Position numbers and translations under genes: made by a program | Notes under the pieces: model-generated | What the model was told of the DNA's origin: nothing | The model's database searches: none | What the model saw: the letters and a program-made list of their open reading frames with translations, nothing else | Assembly (NCBI GenBank): GCA_051362555.1 | Contig: CM120647.1 | Coordinates: forward strand, 10,230,001 to 10,294,000 | Source: Lingula anatina | Lineage: Eukaryota > Animalia > Brachiopoda | DNA length: 64,000 nucleotides | Direction: 5' to 3' | Shown here: positions 13,739 through 24,600 of the stretch, piece by piece | Numbering within the stretch: the first letter of the stretch is position 1 | Layout: every line of letters starts with the position of its first letter

Positions 13739-14949
13739 TGTGGAAAGGAGGAGATAGAGGCCGCATTCAGAACAGAGGACTAACTAGTCCGTGGATCAAA
13801 TATGGCATCCCACATAAATGCTCTCCTGAATAGAATACCCACAGGAAATTACGCACCAAGCATTCAAGTGGGTCGGCCATATTTGATTCGCTGACTAGTT
13901 TGTCTGCTGTTGTGAATGACATCAGAGACAGGAAGACACTGACCAACAAGTTTTGCATACTGCTCATCAATACATTCATCACAAAATGCCCAGGGCAGGT
14001 CTCCCTGCAAGTGTCCATACACTCCCCTGAAACACAAAAATACATCTATAAATAATAAATGCAAAAAATAATAATAATAATAATAATAATAATATTATGA
14101 ATAAATCCTAGTTAGAGTGGAAGAACATTTTCCAACAAGAGTTCACATTCATTTTACTGAAACTGCAGCATATTTTAAAAACTTCCTTTTAATCTAAATT
14201 TCAAAATTGTAGGATGATGGAAATAGATGGTAAAAGATCACCAATCCTTTCAATACCATCTTTACTTTAAATTATAACATTTTTCTCATGTATTGGTCTT
14301 GTCTGTTCATAACGCCACCTACATTTTTGCCCACTTGTCCAATTCCCTCTCTATCTTCTCTTTGATACTCTTAGGTTGCAGGCCCAGAGAGTTTCCACAC
14401 AAATAAATACATTCTTCTTCTGGATCCACAAGGCTTAGATCAACTTCAAGAAACATTTTTAATGTATTTTAATTACCAGCATAGAGATCAAAGAGCTTTA
14501 CAGTAAAACTGAGCTGAAAAGGCATCATACACTACTATGACTGGCACAAAGAACAAATTCACAATATACAGACTGGCACAACCAGATGGCACAACTTACA
14601 CATTCCCAATTAAGACTGGCACAACCAGATGGAATCACTAACACATCCTCTATAAACCCCAGATGGCACAACTAACGCATTCACAATTTAGACTGACACA
14701 ACCACATAGCACAACTAAAAAGGTAATCACATCCAGTGCAAGCTCACGGCACTTACCATCTGGTAAATCTTTCATTTTAGGATAGATGAAATCCAACCTC
14801 AGAGAACGGAGAGGATCGTTTGCATCCATGTGCTGGGCAAACTTAATGTCTGTGACATCACATCCCAGTTTTTCTGCTTGCTTGTTGAGTATAACTGAAG
14901 GATGCTGGGATACGTTATCGATTACTGATACATCATTTTTGTCTGCCAT
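1018..14949 (-). CDS. KYNU: Kynureninase (PLP-dependent), spliced; final exon(s) lie left of the window
   Basis: GT-AG exons: 14949-14757 (MADKND...[19 protein letters not shown]), 14443-14323 ([13 protein letters not shown]), 14026-13944, 13529-13468 (MNGLTVNMH), 12985-12914 ([22 protein letters not shown]), 12592-12518, 12330-12184 ([10 protein letters not shown]), 11787-11689 ([29 protein letters not shown], with the PLP lysine), 10926-10800 (GWWGH), 2134-2049 (YRISNPP), 1260-1018 (RGCQLS). They total 1308 nt and keep frame. Confidence 0.96.
1700..1878. mobile_element. Decayed PIF/Harbinger-type MITE (family of 35709-35906 and 13762-13900)
   Basis: Inverted ends gcattcagactagtggacta ... 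tagtccactgatctgaaagtgc. The internal gatcaaatatggc and caagcattcaagtgggtc are shared with the other copies. Confidence 0.6.
2163..2690. mobile_element. MITE with TA target-site duplication (Tc1/mariner-like)
   Basis: TA|ctgacagtcaatgaaaac ... gttttcattgactgtcag|TA, a perfect 18-bp TIR. Confidence 0.75.
2812..4300 (-). mobile_element. Decayed RTE-clade LINE (endonuclease and RT C-terminal remnants)
   Basis: The minus strand gives an APE motif ([13 protein letters not shown], ~4010-4070), [13 protein letters not shown]...[22 protein letters not shown] (3164-3400) and a (GAT)n-type 3' tail at ~2812-2824. It has many stops and frameshifts. Confidence 0.8.
4430..4800 (+). pseudogene. Decayed Cys/His-rich (B-box-like) coding fragment, antisense within a KYNU intron
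   Basis: Translates as [28 protein letters not shown] and [15 protein letters not shown]. Paralogous pieces lie at 5640-6000 and 7430-7800 (LCEEKA...LLLCKYCH). Confidence 0.4.
4795..8480. repeat. 126-bp tandem satellite (~18 units in three blocks) inside a ~1.8-kb higher-order duplication
   Basis: Unit gtgatggtgatggtgaatgtggcagctctaggtcaaggatggaagaagatggttagagttatgacatatgtctggagtgtgg... has period 126. Blocks lie at ~4795-5330, ~6010-7130 and ~7806-8480. The spacer 5330-6010 recurs at 7130-7806. Confidence 0.92.
8590..8860 (-). mobile_element. Decayed HINE 5' fragment
   Basis: caaagcccaaaattcacatagatcaagttgagatt...aggaggagatgcggtaac...ctaaaaccatatgtaccgccagcg matches the reverse complement of 22691-22875. 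Further copies lie at ~5450-5580 and ~7250-7380. Confidence 0.7.
9545..10750 (-). mobile_element. Decayed HINE body and 5' end, interrupted by an RTE fragment
   Basis: 9550-10090 matches the reverse complement of ~22840-23390 (ccagtgttgggctt, tctctagcattaac, tgaccccaaa). 10610-10750 carries the gggactaaaaccatatgtaccgccagc end. Confidence 0.65.
10165..10450 (+). mobile_element. Internally deleted RTE LINE fragment
   Basis: RT motifs [16 protein letters not shown]...LRYAD are joined directly to the ORF C-terminus ARDRAKWKE, followed by a tgatgacgatga tail. Confidence 0.75.
13190..13408. mobile_element. PIF/Harbinger-type MITE (tagatcgatc family)
   Basis: Near-identical to 28141-28355 and 37422-37636 (taatctagtgagactcccc..gatagatcgatctaaaatctatgggaat), with inverted ends. 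Confidence 0.75.
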
Positions 14950-16614
14950 CTTGGACCTAATGAATAAACGAAGATTTTTTTTACTTACCAATATCAATAT
15001 ATTGAATATGATACTAATCTAGAAACTGTTAGATATAATCAAACTATTGAAAAAAATTACTGATAAATAATCTGAAAGAATTTTGAAAAGGGCATGCCTT
15101 AGTACTCACAAAAATTGCTCAATATGAAGGTTACTCATGCATTTAAGAAGACCATTCCCAAAGATATTTGGATTATTCTATCTTCCTGGGGAGTCTCACT
15201 AAATTAATGTCAACTCGTCTTTCACACCTAGTAAAGCTAATCGGGCGTAATTATCTTTAGGTGATTCAGTAGGCGTGACAGACATAAGTCATGTGACAGG
15301 TGACACTACGAGCAATACAAAAGGAGGAAACACTGTATATTTGTACTAATACGCTTTATTACTGCTGCTTGTTTACACAAACTTGTGTGACAATATGTAA
15401 GGTACAAATCTGAAATAAAAAGACCAAAAATATGCTTAAATAACTGACCAAAAACCTTTGAAGCTTACAGCACATTATGTATATATATAAAGAAATTTAA
15501 ATAGATAAAACTTAAAATATTAATGCAAGTGAATAAAATTCAATAATAAAGAAAACAGATGGCAAGCTACTTGCAGCCCAACAAGGGAGACAAAGAAAGT
15601 AAATTAACAAATGACAAACTGCCTCCAATAATACAATAATATGCATGAAATATGACAGTGCAAGTTACCGCACTGCATTTGAAATTGTACATGTCCACAC
15701 CCTAATCTTTACTTCTGCAAAAACCACAGTACATATGTGCCCAAAAACCAAATATTAACTCCTCCATATACATGAATAAACTTAATAGCGACAATACAAC
15801 ATGACAGTTGAGAATAAAGTATAAGTAAAGCATTAAACTTACAATTTTATGTCCTTTTTTGTACCGCTTCCTAAGTTCTTGCTTCTTCCTTGGGTGATGT
15901 CTGCTGTGTGAAATGAACTACTCACTCTAAGTGGCACTGCCCATTACTGACTGTGGGGTGTGTGGGTTGTACTAAGTGAAGGGGTGTAAGGTGTCTGTCC
16001 TTTGCAAGCCGGTGTAACATGGACATATGACTCCCATGAAAATCTGACTCCCCCAGTCAAATTTTCAGAATGAAAATGTGACTCCCCCCATGAAATTTTG
16101 ACTTCCCCTCACAAAACTTTATGAATCTTATTTTATTTGAGTATATAACTTTTATCTTATAGTATGCATAATGGAAGATACATTGGCACTTTTTGTTAGT
16201 TTGCAGGTGAAAATTTTCACGAGAAAATAAAAAAATTTAAAATGTGTATTTTACCACCCAATGACTCCCCCTAGCAATTTAGTGAGACTCCCCAGGGAGT
16301 TAGGGCGATCCAGATGGATCAATCTAGGCATGGGAACCCAGTCTAAGACACACGTGTACACAAACACGAACATGCAAACACACATGGACACGCTAAGAAG
16401 GACACACACGGCAAAAAATACATTGTAAAATTTAAACAACCATATCAGGGCAGGGCTGGACAAGGCTACTTGATTCTTATCTGACTTAAAATGACAGCAA
16501 CTCTTCATTTTGGTGGGAAATGATCCATAAAATGGATTTTCCTTGGGCAAAGGCAAAGTTCCCATGCTTACCAATGGTTAATGTATCTGTTCTGACATTC
16601 AAAGCTAGTCAATT

Positions 16615-16658
<44 letters not shown>

Positions 16659-17055
16659 TTTTCTGTTTTGTAATAATTTCCTTAGGGATTTTAGGTAGGG
16701 TAGCCATTTTTGAAGGTTTACATGGTCTGATGGCAAGCACAGACTTCAAAATAATTGCTATGAACACAGGATTGATAATACTGGCATTTCTATGGGTTGT
16801 TTACAATGAACTTATTGTGGAATTTTGAATCTCACATAAAGAGTTGTTATCTCTCTAAAAGGGTTTAGGACTAGAATAAGTGTCCATTATTAAACTGACA
16901 GGTCCATTTAGATTACCATCAGAATATACCCAAAGAAAATGTGAATAAAGATGTTGTTTTCTCATTAATCTCTACTCAGATCTACATCTACATGTGGCAC
17001 TTTTATCACGCCATCATTAAAACAAATGAGGCCATTTTTCTGACCAAAAGTCTAA

Positions 17056-17266
17056 GGGCTCATTCCCAATGAAACTAAGGGAGCATTCACATCGAGAAGA
17101 GCCGAGGTCTAGCAAGGCCGAGACCTAAATATGGCGGACCTACATGAAAGGAAGACTGCCTTATCTTTAAATGGTCTCTCAATGACTTTCAATGACCTCA
17201 GCTCTTCTCGACGTGAATGCTCTCTAACGTTGCATGTAGAAGGATAGTTTCACTGGGAATGAGCCA
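17056..17266. mobile_element. Nested PIF/Harbinger MITEs
   Basis: The outer element ggctcattcccaatgaaacta...tagtttcactgggaatgagcc encloses an inner TAA|gggagcattcacatcgagaagag...ctcttctcgacgtgaatgctctc|TAA. Confidence 0.7.
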
Positions 17267-17518
17267 CAAGTATAGTAATCATTCAGTAAAGTGCTTCTGA
17301 AGAAACTTGAATGTTTTTTACCTGCAGGCACTAGTACTAGTAAAATTTTCAGGGGGTGGCTCATGGGGTTGTTACCAGATATTCATCCAGGCGTCCACGA
17401 ATAAAAATATTATCACCCAAACTTTTCTTGAGAAACCCCTTTTACGTTTATTACATAGCATTTCCTTCCATACACTTAAAATTGCAATTAGCTATATGCA
17501 ATGAGATAAACAGAATAA

Positions 17519-17783
17519 GGCCCCTTCAGATCGAGAAGAGCCGAGTGATAGCTTGGCCGCGACCTAAATATAGCAGACCTACATGAAAGGAAAACCACTT
17601 AATGGTCTCTCCACTCCTCACACGCCTCCCCACGTGTCGTCCCTGCAGGGGCAAAATACTGAATAATTAAATCTCGGCCCAATTCAACCAGAAGAGGCAA
17701 GACGCATGGGGAGGCGTATGAAAGGCGTAGAGACCATTACAGGATTAAGCTAGCACTCGGCCTTTCTCGATCTGAATGGGGCC
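17519..17783. mobile_element. PIF/Harbinger MITE with TAA TSD
   Basis: TAA|ggccccttcagatcgagaagagccgagtg ... cactcggcctttctcgatctgaatggggcc|TAA, related to the inner element at ~17080. Confidence 0.75.
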
Positions 17784-18189
17784 TAAGCAGAATTGGCAGA
17801 CTTTCTTGCAGTTGTAAGCTTGGTATGGCATAAATGGCCACAAATGCCTGCTGAATACCTTAAATTTTGTCTGATTGCACATAGCTAATACTGTGAAAGT
17901 GTATGCCACATTATAGCTAGAAAAGGGGTTTTGGAGAAAAATTTACAAGTTATGACAATAACAAGCAACTGTTAAGAGCAACAGTGAGTTGTAATACTGC
18001 AATATTTCATGGCTCAGACAAAGACACCTCATTCATTCATCACAGAAAGGCCTCCCTGATTTTTTTTGTCTCTGTGAACACAATGATAAATTTTACTTTG
18101 TAGTCAAAGTCAGTATACAGATACAACTATGCAGACAATACCACCATCACATAAATCATCATCACATAAAAACTATGAAAATATGAAAA

Positions 18190-18620
18190 CAAGGCAGCAA
18201 AGCTGTCAAATGTACAGACAAAGAACAGAAAATAAAGATGCAAATAAGTGAAAAATTGAATTTTCACAAAAAACTGTTAAATTGTCATAAAAATTTACCA
18301 AACAGACTGCGTTGCCTATTGAAGCTGTATGTTAGACCCATGTTTCTTTCCTGTAAGTTTGAGAACAGTAAGTGACATGATTTCCCTTAAATGGTCATCA
18401 TAGGAGCAGTGCCCAAAATAGGGGTTTCTTCAAATTTTGATGCAACATTACATAATGTTTAACAGCATAATGACAATCAAATGTTATTAATAAAATATTA
18501 GTAACATGGACATTCAGAAAATGTGACAAGCAAAAGTCTTCAAGATCATGGAACTTTAAAGTCACACCTTGAAAATGCCAATATGTGAAAAATTAAATTT
18601 TCACAAAAAACTGTTTAACT

Positions 18621-18671
<51 letters not shown>

Positions 18672-20052
18672 CTGCATTGCCTACTGAAGCTGTATTTTAG
18701 TCCCATGTTTCTTTCCTGTAAGTTTGAGAACAGTAAGTGACATGATTTTCCTTAAATGGTCATCATGGAAGCAGTGCCCAAAATGGGGGTTTCTTCAAAT
18801 TTTGATGCAATATTACATAATGTTTAACAGCTTAATGACCATCAATTTTTAATTATAAAATATTTGTATCACAGATATTCAGAAAATGTGACTAGCAAAG
18901 GTCTTCAGGCCCATGGAACTTCAAAGTCACGCCTTGATAATGCCAAAATGTAAACAAGACAGCACTGTTCTGAAATGGGTTTATTTCCATTTTTAACACT
19001 TTTTTAACATAAAACAAAATAAACATTTTACTGCCATTTTTATATGATCAACTGAGAAAATTGATGAGATGGTAAAAGTATCAATAGAACAGTGTTAAAT
19101 GTCCAATTTCCTCCATTCTGAGATTCTGAACATAGTGGATGATTGAATCTGACAAACTGCAATGATATGAGTTTATTTCCATTTTTGACACTTTATTACA
19201 CAATACATGATAACAAGTTTACCATGTTTTTTACATAATCAACTAACAATGTTGTAAAGATGCAGGAAATATCAAACAAACACTTTTAGGCATCTTATTA
19301 GTTAAATAATGAGACTGTTAACATGCCTAATAATTGAATCTGAGGAAATGTGAAAAAACAGTATAACTTCCTAAGTAATGGCCCGATTATGCTTATTTTC
19401 GAACTCAACCTGCGTTTTAGTAAGATTGACCACTCCTGTGAGTATAATTACAATTGGCCAATCCGTTTTTCTTATATTGTGTTATCAGTGTTGCATTTAT
19501 ATTGAAAATAGTGAAAAAACAGCATAAATTACCTAAAAGTGACCCGATCATGCTGATTTTCGAACTTGACCTGCGTATTATGAATATTCATCAGTTCTGT
19601 AAGTTTCAAGTCCAAAGGTAAAATGGTTTTCCACTTATCGTGTTATCGGTGCTGCATACATGCTGAAAAAAGTGAAAAAACAGCATAAATTCCCTAAAAG
19701 TGACCCGATCATGCTGATTTTCGAACTTGACCTGCGTATTATGAATATTCATCAGTTCTGTAAGTTTCAAGTCAAAAGGTAAAATGGTTTTCCACTTATC
19801 GTGTTATCGGTGCTGCATATATGCTGAAAAAAGTGAAAAAACAGCATAAATTCCCTAAAAGTGACCCGATCATGCTGATTTTCGAACTTGACCTGCGTAT
19901 TATGAATATTCATCAGTTCTGTAAGTTTCAAGTCAAAAGGTAAAATGGTTTTCCACTTATCGTGTTATCGGTAAAAGTGCACGGCGACGGCGACGGCGAC
20001 GACAGACGCAGATGATGGCTATATGTACAGACACATCTGTGTCTGTACATAA
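18190..20052 (-). mobile_element. Complete HINE (second family) with ~4 x 161-bp core repeats
   Basis: 5' subTIR/IR palindrome atgtacagacacatctgtgtctgtacat (20023-20050), (gacggc)n microsatellite, and 161-bp units starting 19350/19511/19672/19833. The 3' subTIR atgtacagaca is at 18210-18220, with a hairpin ggcagc-aaa-gctgtc and a CTTG-TTT end on the minus strand. Confidence 0.8.
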
Positions 20053-21308
20053 AAAAGGGGGACAAGAATCAAGTGAAATGCAGGCAAACCACCCACATAC
20101 AGTAACTGCCAAACTACGACCGAACTAGTATTTATTGTAATAATTAATACTTTCACAGATAACAGTCACTAATAAGTACTCAGTAAATATGATGTCCATA
20201 ATTACTTATTAGTGACTGTTATCTGTGAAAGAAATATAAGCTAGACTGGTATATTTTCTGAAACTTTTTTGCTAATTTTTACCTTTTACAAGTAAATGCC
20301 TCACTTCTTTTATTTGATCTAATTTCAAGTTTTGTGTTCCAGTGTGGCACTTCTGTAGTAAAGGAATAAACAAAAGTGAGAGAGACTTTACCACCAAGCC
20401 TAGGAGGTTGTGTCCTGGCACAGAGATTAAAAAAGTATTTATGAAGAATTACTAAGGTCATGTAGATCTTTTTCTCTACAGTTAAGAAGACAAAAAATCA
20501 TTTCTAAACAAATGATACTGTCTAAAAAAAAATAATTTTTTTATGATTGAACCATGCTATTCTAACAATTTATTTTACAAAATGATAAAATCTAAATTTG
20601 TTATAAAAGAACAATAAAATTGCAGATATATTCTGTTTAAGATAAGGTATAAATATAATTTTAAAATTTACAATATGCATCAAAACCATGAGATGGGCTG
20701 CAATGTTGTTAAAAATATACTGACCTTGGACAATTTTATTCATCTGTGAACTGAGGTCAAAATGTAAATGGAGTGTAATTTAACATTACTGTTTAAATAA
20801 CTTTATTATTCAAATTTTCATGCTTTTGCAGTATCCCCCTTTTTCCATCTCTTTAATTCTTAAACATGTTTAACAAATTTCAGTAATGTAATACTCAGTT
20901 TGTGATTTTAAAGGATGACTGTGATACCCAAAGTCAACAAATAACTAAATAAAGAAAATACATTTCAAATCAAAACACTTGTAAGGTGGGACAGAATTCT
21001 GCAAATTTATTTAAGTGACACAATTTCCATCGCTGTTTTTTTTTTCTCTTTTTGTTAATCAATTAAAATATTTGAAGTTAAAATGTATTGAAAGCTCAAA
21101 AGATCTTTTGTTCTAATGATTTCATATATAACAACAACAAAAATCAAGGCTACCTACACTTGAAAACTTGGTCTAACAATGTTGAACCTTACATCATAAT
21201 TATAAATTGACAAGCAGACAATGTAACATTGTTTCAACAATAGTAGACGGTTGGTACACGTGCAGGTACACACAAACGAGTGAAATATTGCAATATGGTA
21301 AAATTTAC

Positions 21309-21628
21309 CTGTAATGAGGTAAGACTTATCCAGGAGCGCGCTGAGACGGAATAGCCCCTATACTAGTAGGTTCATCTCGATTCAAGCGTGAATGGTTGAC
21401 CTAGATCGTATCATCGATAGTCAGTACAGAGAGAAAGCATGTGTGACCTCCGATGTCGATGCCAAGGTCACCCATACAAGAAGCATAAAATATCATAATG
21501 ATGCACAAAAATTTACAAAAATAATACTCAACAATTTATGGCTTCAGAAAAATATGGTTTATACAAACAGATGATATTTTTCAAAAAAAGGGAAGAAAAC
21601 GAAATCGAGGTTGGGACAAAGCGACAAC
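21309..21628. promoter_or_regulatory. Putative bidirectional promoter KYNU(-)/FAF2(+), with an inferred non-coding KYNU exon 1
   Basis: The first KYNU coding exon has an acceptor 7 nt before its ATG (14956), so it needs an upstream UTR exon. A minus-strand donor CAG|GTAAAT lies at ~21309, ~320 bp from the FAF2 ATG (caacATGGCG), in a locally CpG-richer stretch. Confidence 0.5.
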
Positions 21629-24600
21629 ATGGCGGAAGGAGGTGATGATCTCTCGTCTGAGCAGACGGAAAAGTTACTCCAGTTTCAGGTAAGAAACGAA
21701 TTGGAAAAGTATAGAAATTACCCTTGGTATTTTAACTATTCTAGTCATTTTTATGGTAAGCTTAAGCCAATTAGTTTATTTGATCTTGAATTATTGCAAG
21801 AGATAAGAGAAATTCGTCTGAAATATTGCACAAGTAATTTGCAGTTCATTAAAATTTAATAAAAATGCATAGTGTCTTCGGGTTTAAACTCTATGAATTT
21901 TCCAGTTCACATCGGTCTGGGCTTTATGGTTTATGTTATTCACTTTGAAGTCGCCAAAGCAATCCAGCAAATGAATGTTTAAAATGCTCGCTAACAGAAA
22001 GTGAATGTATTTATTGGGAAAAAAGAGTAAAGGATTTCATGTAGTTATGCATTAATTCCCCCCCCCCCCAACTCATATGTGCAAACCTTTGATTTTCAGT
22101 GTTTTTTTTCTTCTTTTAACTGTCAATGATGACTGAGCACTTCGTTATTCGGATTAATTTTAGTTTTGCAATTTATTTTGTAAGTATATAGCCTCTGACC
22201 GGTTCTGTTTTATGCTAATAAAATCGTATTAATTCCAGTTTTTATAATAAATATAATCATTTAAAAATTGTATAGTTGTGAATTAAGTTATCACAAAATT
22301 TCTTCTTGCCCAGGACTTGACGGGTCTGGAAGACATGGAAAGATGTCGAACTTTGCTGGAGCGACACAACTGGGACATGGAAGTAGCCGTACAAGACAGA
22401 TTTAATGAGGAGGAGGGAAGACCGTCATTATTTAGAGACCAGCAGAGAGAAGTGAGGACACCTCCAGTGAATGTCAGTCCTGTAGACCAAAGGTAGAACT
22501 GGTGCTGTTATTTAGTTGACTTAATGTTATGGACTAAAGTCAGTGGTGGATTGGGCTAAAATGATTACACATGGGTGCATGCACATAAACACACGTAAGG
22601 AAAAAGTGGGTGGTGGGTTAGGCTAAATTGAATACACACGCATAACGGCATGCACGCACATTTGCACACACACGTGATGCTATTATATAATTGTACCACC
22701 AGCGTTAGCGCTGGTGGTACACATGGTTTCGGTCCCGTCCGGATCGTTCCGCCAGCTCCGCCGGACGGCTACCGTTACCGCTTCTCCTCCTAGACGGTAA
22801 GGGCCCCCGTACCCATCTCATGGATTTAGGTCACCTGTAATCTCAACTCGTTCCACGTAAAATTTGGGCTTTGTCGGTATTGGGGTCTGGGTGTGGCACT
22901 CATTACAATGCACCCTTGTCTAAAAATGGTAAAATTAAATGCTAATTATCTACCCTACGGAAGGAGTTATGGGAAAAATTTCTATAGACGGCTTTCCAAA
23001 AGTCATATGTGTAGATTTCAAATATACCCTTGGATTTGACCTTTGACCTTTACTTCAAGGTCAAATGGGTCAAAATTTTCAAAAAAATGAAATTTTTTAC
23101 GAAAAAAATTTTTTTTGCCCTGTTATTCAGACACTACACAGACTTAACCAATAATATTATTGGAAAGTGTTACCCTTCAGGTCATCTTTCATCTCCATGA
23201 ATTTGGGGTCAATCGGTGCAATTTCACGGGAGTAGAGGCCATAAGATACCGAAACTGAAAACTGTCTCTAATTCGGGAACCGTTAATGCTAGAGACCCAT
23301 TCTTTTTTGCATTTTGTAGAGCATGTAAAGCCCAACACTGGGGGTGGTCTCGGTTTTTTTGTATTCCATACGGTTTTCGAGTTACGCCGTATCAAAAAGT
23401 CCAAAACTGGCAGAAATAGGTCCATAGTTACTATTGAACTTGAATAGGAAGTCATATACTGGCAATCTAAATGTGACCTTAAAATTGACCTTTGACCTAC
23501 TTTACACCATGAACTGAATTTTGCAAATTTTGCTTTCCTTTTATCTCCAAAACTGGCAGAGATAGGTCCATAGTTACTATTGAACTTGAATAGGAAGTCA
23601 TATACTGGCAATCTAAATGTGACCTTAAAATTAACCTTTGACCTACTTTTCACCATGAACTGAACTTTGCAAATTTTGCTTTCCTTTTATCTCCAAAACT
23701 GGCTGAGATAGGTCCGTAGTTACTATTGAACTTGATTAGAAAGTCATATACTGGCAATCTAAATGTGACCTTAAAATTGACCTTTGACCTACTTTTCACC
23801 ATGAATTGAACTTTGCAAATTTTGCTTTCCTTTTATCTCCAAAACTGGCAGAGATAGGTCCGTAGTTACTATTGAACTTGAATAGGAAGTCATATACTGG
23901 CAATCTAAGTGTGACCTTGAAATTTACCTTTGACCTACTTTTCACCATGAACTGAACTTTGCAAATTTTTCTTCCCTTTTATCTCCAAAACTGGCAGATA
24001 TAGGTCCATAGTTACTATTGAACTTGAATAGGAAGTCATATACTGGCAATCTAAATGTGACCTTAAAATTGACCTTTGACCTACTTTACACCATGAACTG
24101 AATTTTGCAAATTTTGCTTTCCTTTTATCTCCAAAACTGGCAGAGATAGGTCCATAGTTACTATTGAACTTGAATAGGAAGTCATATACTGGCAATCTAA
24201 ATGTGACCTTAAAATTAACCTTTGACCTACTTTTCACCATGAACTGAACTTTGCAAATTTTGCTTTCCTTTTATCTCCAAAACTGGCAGAGATAGGTCCA
24301 TAGTTACTATTGAACTTGAATAGGAAGTCATATACTGGCAATCTAAATGTGACCTTAAAATTGACCTTTGACCTACTTTTCACCATGAACTGAACTTTGC
24401 AAATTTTGCTTTCCTTTTATCTCCAAAACTGGCAGAGATAGGTCCGTAGTTACTATTGAAGTTGAATAGGAAGTCATATACTGGCAATCTAAATGTGACC
24501 TTAAAATTGACCTTTGACCTACTTTTCACCATAAACTGAACTTTGCAAATTTTGCTTCCCTTTTATCTCCAAAACTGGCAGAGATAGGTCCATAGTTACT

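Noticed and set aside
23189-24240. 155-aa and 101-aa minus-strand ORFs (MVKSRSKVNFKVTF...)
   Set aside because: They are chance frames through the 146-bp HINE core, whose unit length is not a multiple of 3.
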